Notes under the pieces: model-generated
Database searches by the model: none
The model's input: the letters and a program-made list of their open reading frames with translations, nothing else
What the model was told of the DNA's origin: nothing
Assembly: GCF_009914755.1 (NCBI RefSeq)
Contig: NC_060926.1
From: the human T2T-CHM13v2.0 reference genome, Homo sapiens
Length of the DNA stretch: 64,000 bases
Direction: 5' to 3' (one strand)
Shown: piece after piece, positions 58,680 through 64,000 of the stretch
How the letters are laid out: every line of letters begins with the position of its first letter
Position numbering within the stretch: position 1 is the first letter of the stretch
Made by a program: the position numbers and the translations under genes

Positions 58680-60000
58680 TCTATTACTCACTCTGTACAC
58701 CTAAAACATACAATCTGTCAAAGGAAATAGCTGTCTACACAGGAGACCCTGTCTTACCTACCCAGTTATAAGCTAAAACTCTAGGGGAAATGTCTACCCA
58801 AATTCCTCACAAATTGAAGAGAGGAATGCAGCAAGTCTAAAGAATGGGCTGTCCAGGAAAGACTTAAGATGATAATATTAATAAATTACCTAATATGAGA
58901 ATATACTGAGTGATACCTACATGCCTAGCAAGAGCTTAGAACTAAATTAATGACAGCATATAGAAAATTAAGCAAATAAAAGAAATACTATTATTAATCT
59001 AGTACTAAGTAGAATTGTCATGCAGCAAAGGTAATTGTAGTGTATTATTTGGCCCAGTTTTTACAGACATAATAATGTAAACACATTTTTATAATCAAAA
59101 TTATTATTTACCCACATTGATGTGATGCGAATAGAAAATTGAGTGGGGAGTAATATTGGGAGCAAGGGTAAAGAGAGCTAAATTTTTATCCTCCACAATA
59201 TCAAACCAATAGAAAATGACTAAAAGTAATAAACATAAGAACTGCCACATTTTATTTAGAGATACAGAAATAAATATCAAATTATCAGTGAAAAATAGGG
59301 AGTGCTGGTTTCCAATAAAAAAAAAGGAAGGATCAGGGACTACTGTTTTTCATAACACAATTTGTGGTACTATTGAACTCTACTTAACTATGTGCACACA
59401 TAATTTTTATTTGAAAGCTGCATGATATGAAAACTTGTAGGTGAAAACAAAATGAAAGTCATAAATAGCAGCGTTTGTATTAGCAAGCATTGAAATAGTG
59501 AGCTCATGAAAGAAAGAGTTGAAAAATTCCACCAGAGACAGAAAGTCCTAATATCCAGAAGACAAGAGTTTCAAAAGAAAGAAAAAAAAGAGATAAAAAA
59601 GATTGAATGGATTCTTAGCATGACAAAAAAATGATAGTTAAGTATCTTATACCCTGGCTTATTATAGTGAAATTTAAAGTTATCAAAGACAAAGGAAAAT
59701 TTCTAAAAGCTTCTGAAGAGAAAGAACAGACTACCCAAAAAAGAAATGATAATTAGGTTGACATCTGACTCCTCAACAAAAACTCTAGAAATAAAAGACA
59801 ATGGAGAAATATTTTCAAAATATGGAAGAAAGAGAACTCTGATTTTAGAATATTATATCTTCTCAGACTGTCATTTAAATGTAAGAATGAAATTAAGACA
59901 TTCTTATGCATTCAAAGCCTGAGAGGTTCTGTGTAATAAAGATCCTCTGAAAATATTATTTAAGGAAATATTACAATAAAAAGTAGAGTACTATTAGAAA
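58680..60000 (+). mobile_element. Old L1M 3'UTR (58680-59420) followed by a degraded L1M/HAL1 ORF1-like segment (59480-60000)
   Basis: tctaaaagcttctgaagagaaag..attaggttgacatctgactcctcaaca..agacaatggagaaatattttcaaa (ORF1 C-terminal pattern). Confidence 0.55.
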
Positions 60001-60084
60001 CATTTAAAAAATGGGTTAGAAGGTAACTTATAGTTGTACAGAAGAGCAAGAACCACAATTAAATTTTTTTTAAAAGCAAGCAAA

Positions 60085-60417
60085 GGCCAGGCACGGTAAC
60101 TTATGCCTGTAATCCCAGCACTTTGGGAGGCCGAGGTGGGCAGATCACCTGAGGTCAGCAGTTCGAGACCAGCCTGACCAACATGGAGAAACCCTGTCTC
60201 TACTAAAAATAAAAAAATTAGCTGGGCATGGTGGCGTGTGCCTGTAATCCCAGCTACTCAGGAGGTTGAGGCAGGAGAATCGCTTGAACCCGGGAGGCAG
60301 AGGTTGCAGTTAGCCAAGGTTGCAGTGAGCCAAGATTGTACCATTGCACTCCAGCCTGGGTGACAAGAGTGAAACTCCATCTCAAAAAATAAAAATGAAA
60401 AAGTAAAATAAAATAAA
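60085..60417 (+). mobile_element. AluSp with an internal ~17-bp duplication
   Basis: ctgaccaacatggagaaaccc diagnostic; aggttgcagttagcca aggttgcagtgagcca; TSD taaaagcaag. Confidence 0.93.
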
Positions 60418-60779
60418 AGCAAGTGAAAAAGGTAAGAAATTGAAGAAAAGCTGAAGAGCGAGTGATAAAAAATGGAAATCCATTTCAACACAAAACTGAA
60501 TTTTAGAACTTAAATTCTTCCAACATAGTAACAGAACCAAAGGTAGAGAGGTGAAAAGGTAGAAAATATTTGTCTCATTTCAGTATATATATAGATATTG
60601 GTAAGTTCATAAAATTGTCAAGAAAAAATTAACTTTACGTGTGCATTAAAATGCTAGTGACAATAATATAAAAAAGAGAAAAAATATTTATCACACCTTA
60701 ATCAGCAAAAGAAAACTTGATTTATCTAATACAAAGCAGAAAAAAACAGAAAACAAAAATTTTTACGGAGAAAATTTTA

Positions 60780-61375
60780 AGTAAGGTTGAATTTTTAAGT
60801 CCTAATATATCAATAAATATAATTTTAAATAAATTCAAATTTTCAATAAAAAAGACGATCAGGTTCTATTCAAAATGCAGTATCCAGCAATACATTGTCA
60901 GAGCAATGCAAAACAAACCTACAATTCTATAACACATTTTTCTAAGCAGCAGATAGAAAATATAGCATTTTTCAATAATAGCAAACACTGTTTAATATGT
61001 ATGAATTAACAAAGAATTTACAGAACCTCTTGAAAAAATTGCAAAATATTGCAAAACTGTTGATAGACATAAATAATCTGAATATATGAAAAGATATTCT
61101 GTACATATATAAAGAACGACTTAATATTATTGAGTTCTGTTCTCCAAAAATCATGTATAAAAGCAATGCAATCACAATTAAAATCTGGCCAGATTTTTTT
61201 AAAAGGATACAACTTCTTATTATAAAGCCAAAATCACTAATCACAGATCCATGAATAGTTATGCTGACTTTTTAAAAACTGAGCAAAATTGTCAAGGGAG
61301 GTTAGCACCAAGCCTACCAGCATTCAGACACATTAAAATTCTTAAATGAGACAAGATTATAATCTTTAAATAAAA

Positions 61376-61416
<41 letters not shown>

Positions 61417-62150
61417 GTGAGAGAGAGAGAGAGAGATTTAAATACATCAAAATGTATTCATTTGTTGAAAAAAGAAGATCCTAGACAAAGTAATCAAATG
61501 ATGACAATATAGAAAATATTTGCAATATCTAAAACTTGACAAGATAATGATACATGGTTGGGGGTAGGAGGAACTACTTCAAGAAAATAAGAAAAGGAGA
61601 AGAAACTCAAAGTTTAAAAACAGACATTTGAGAAAAGGGGAAGCCCAAATGTTAAATAATTATATGAAGAAATACTCAATACCATTCATAATGAGAATAA
61701 AGTAAATCAAAACAAAGAAATCCCATTTTAAACCCTAAAAAATATGTGTTGGAAAAACTTGGAGTGTTGGTGAGGATTTGGGAAGCAGAAACCACCATGG
61801 TTCAGCTAATGTTTTGTAGAATGGTGTAGCTAAGAACAATATGGCAGTTCTTAGTGATATTAGGGAAAAGTATACTCTGTGTCCAAGAACCCCTCTACTG
61901 GTATTCCCTCACTAAATAAATGATCAATTAGCGACATGCAAGAATATGCATATTGCAGGGGAGTTGGAACCACCTAGATGTCCCTCAGTGGAGGGACTGA
62001 ACAGAATAATGTGAACAGGTGGAGGATACGTACTACAGAATATTATTCATCATTCGAAGTAATTCTTAAAACCATAATATGGAAAGGGTAAAAAACACAA
62101 TGGGATTTATGGTGAAATAACTTTTATGACATTGTCCATATATGGGAGAT
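60780..62150 (+). mobile_element. Degraded L1ME ORF2/3' end
   Basis: gcaatgcaatcacaattaaaatc; gaaaatatttgcaatatc; gtgttggtgaggatttgggaag. Confidence 0.6.
61376..61436 (+). repeat. Compound (GT)n(AT)n(GA)n microsatellite
   Basis: Seen directly. Confidence 0.95.
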
Positions 62151-63159
62151 CAATTGAAGGGCAATAGTATAAAAAGGAATATGCTAACATAACGAGAGAG
62201 GGGTCTTGAGGGGACTAATAGTGATGCTGCACCACAAGCCAAGAGAACTCCACACTCTGGCTAAGGAGGAAGAAAGGTGAAGAAAGAACAAAGTGGGGTG
62301 GGAGGAAAGGATGGAGAAAGAAAACAGGGAGGAAGATAAAGTACAAACTTAAAAATACAGACCCGTAAATACCTACCATTTTCTAGTTAAGTTAGCCTGG
62401 TTATTTTTAAGTTATGATATAATTTGTGCATGAATTAATTTTCTTACTCTCCTAAAACTATGGGGTTCCCAGAACAGCCAAATTTCTGCCACACTGTTGA
62501 TCCAAGAGGGGGACTGAGGACCTAACAATAGACTGAGGGCATTCCCCACACAGGCCCTAGGATTCAGTTGCTACGTTTAAGAAGTCTGGGACTTTGAAGC
62601 AAGTGTATGAGCAGGGCCCAAAACAATTTGCCCCTGGACTCATTTAAGTGGTAGAATCTCCTAAATCTCTATGTTAAATGGTAGAATCTCTTTGGGTGTA
62701 TTACCATGGCCTCATCTTATTACTAAGTAAGACAGTAGTTTTCTAAAACATGCTTTTATTTAAAACCTTGATTCTTAATTCCTTCATTTTGGATTAGTTA
62801 GAATGTTGCCAACACTCTTAATATAATAAATTGCAGTCAGTAATCATTATTGCAAGGTTATGCTTTGACAATGAAGATTTTAGATTCCAGAAAATGAGGG
62901 ATGTCCTCACGAAGGGATTTCCAGTCTCAGACAAGGGCTGGTGTGGGGCATTTAAAAACAAGGAATAGAGACGGAGGAGCTGCAGAAAGGGGTGGAAATT
63001 TCTTAAGGTGACAATAAGCAAGCAAAGGCAGTAAGGTAAACATTTACAAAGGTGGGAAAGGCCATGAGAAGATAGGGAAAGATAAGCTTTAAGAAATAAC
63101 AACAACAAAAAAAAGTAGAATGGGGAAATGGGAAATTAATAAAATATTTGCTCAAGTAA

Positions 63160-63420
63160 ATGTATTCATTTCATCCAACAACATTTATTGATTGCCTTAT
63201 CTGTGACTGGCTCTATGGGAACACAGCTGTGAATAAAACATTACCTCTCAACAGTCCTGTGTGGAAGACAGGATAAAAAATAATGAAGATTCAAGGTGTT
63301 AAATGTGGTAATAACGGTATAAAAATGCTGTTGAAAGACAATGGAGGGAATAATTCTCACCACAGGGATTATGAAAGGATTCAGAGAGTAGCATTTGACC
63401 TTCATTCCAAAAATGAAGAG
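63160..63420 (-). mobile_element. L2 3' fragment
   Basis: ttcatccaacaacatttattgattgccttatctgtg..ggaacacagctgtgaataaaaca. Confidence 0.65.
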
Positions 63421-63694
63421 CAAAGATTATTTTAGGATAATCATTGAGTAAATAATATATTCTTATAATTTATTACTATTTTACAGTTACTAAAGACTGC
63501 TCATTTTAGAATGACCTTTAGCTAATACAGATAATAAAATAATTTTTAAAAATTATTATGGGATAACTTCATTTTCTCTCATTCTTTTGATGAAAATATA
63601 ATTCAGAAAGATGACTTTTTCAGTATATTCTAAGATGTTTGACCAAACGTTTCCCCTAAATTGGCCTAAAAATTACTTCTTTTAAGAATTAGAT

Positions 63695-64000
63695 TATGTT
63701 TATGTAATGGGTTACATTTATTGATTTTCATATGTTAAACCAACCTTGCATCCCAGGGATGAAGCTAACTTCATCATGGTGGATAAGCTTTTTGATGTGC
63801 TGCTGGATTCAGTGTGCCAGTATTTTACTGAGGATTTTTGCATTGATGTTCATCAGAAATATCGATCTAAAGTTCTGTTTTTTTTGGTGTGCCTCTTCCA
63901 GGTTTTGGTATCAGGATGATGCTGGCTTCATAAAATGAGTTAAGGGGGAGTCCTTCCTTTTCAATTGTTTGCAGTAGGTTCAGAAGGAATGGTACCAGCT
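63695..64000 (-). mobile_element. L1P ORF2 (RT region) fragment running off the window end
   Basis: ccttgcatcccagggatgaagc..ggataagctttttgatgtgctgctggattc..cagaaggaatggtaccagct. Confidence 0.92.

Overview
AT-rich, repeat-dense primate (human-like) genomic DNA. It carries AluJ/AluS, L1PA4-8, old L1M, L2, MIR, MaLR/ERVL LTRs and hAT/Tc-mariner fossils. I found no convincing host protein-coding gene: every long ORF is L1 ORF0/1/2, Tigger transposase, Alu-derived or chance. Subfamily names come from recalled consensus diagnostics and need RepeatMasker confirmation. The main finding is a ~17.9-kb inversion (~25,380-43,235) made by recombination between two oppositely oriented L1 segments. One partner is a full-length L1PA6/7-type element (A); the other is the inverted 5' arm of a twin-primed L1PA4/5-type element (B). 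Both target-site duplications now sit swapped and reverse-complemented at the two ends, an older L1M (and possibly an ancient LINE) is split across the breakpoints, and the two L1 arms share short identical tracts with private mutations, indicating gene conversion and possibly recurrent flipping. Also notable are a MADE1 that has become a perfect 33-bp palindrome inside a full-length Tigger3 inside an MLT2 LTR, and an open, extended L1 ORF0.
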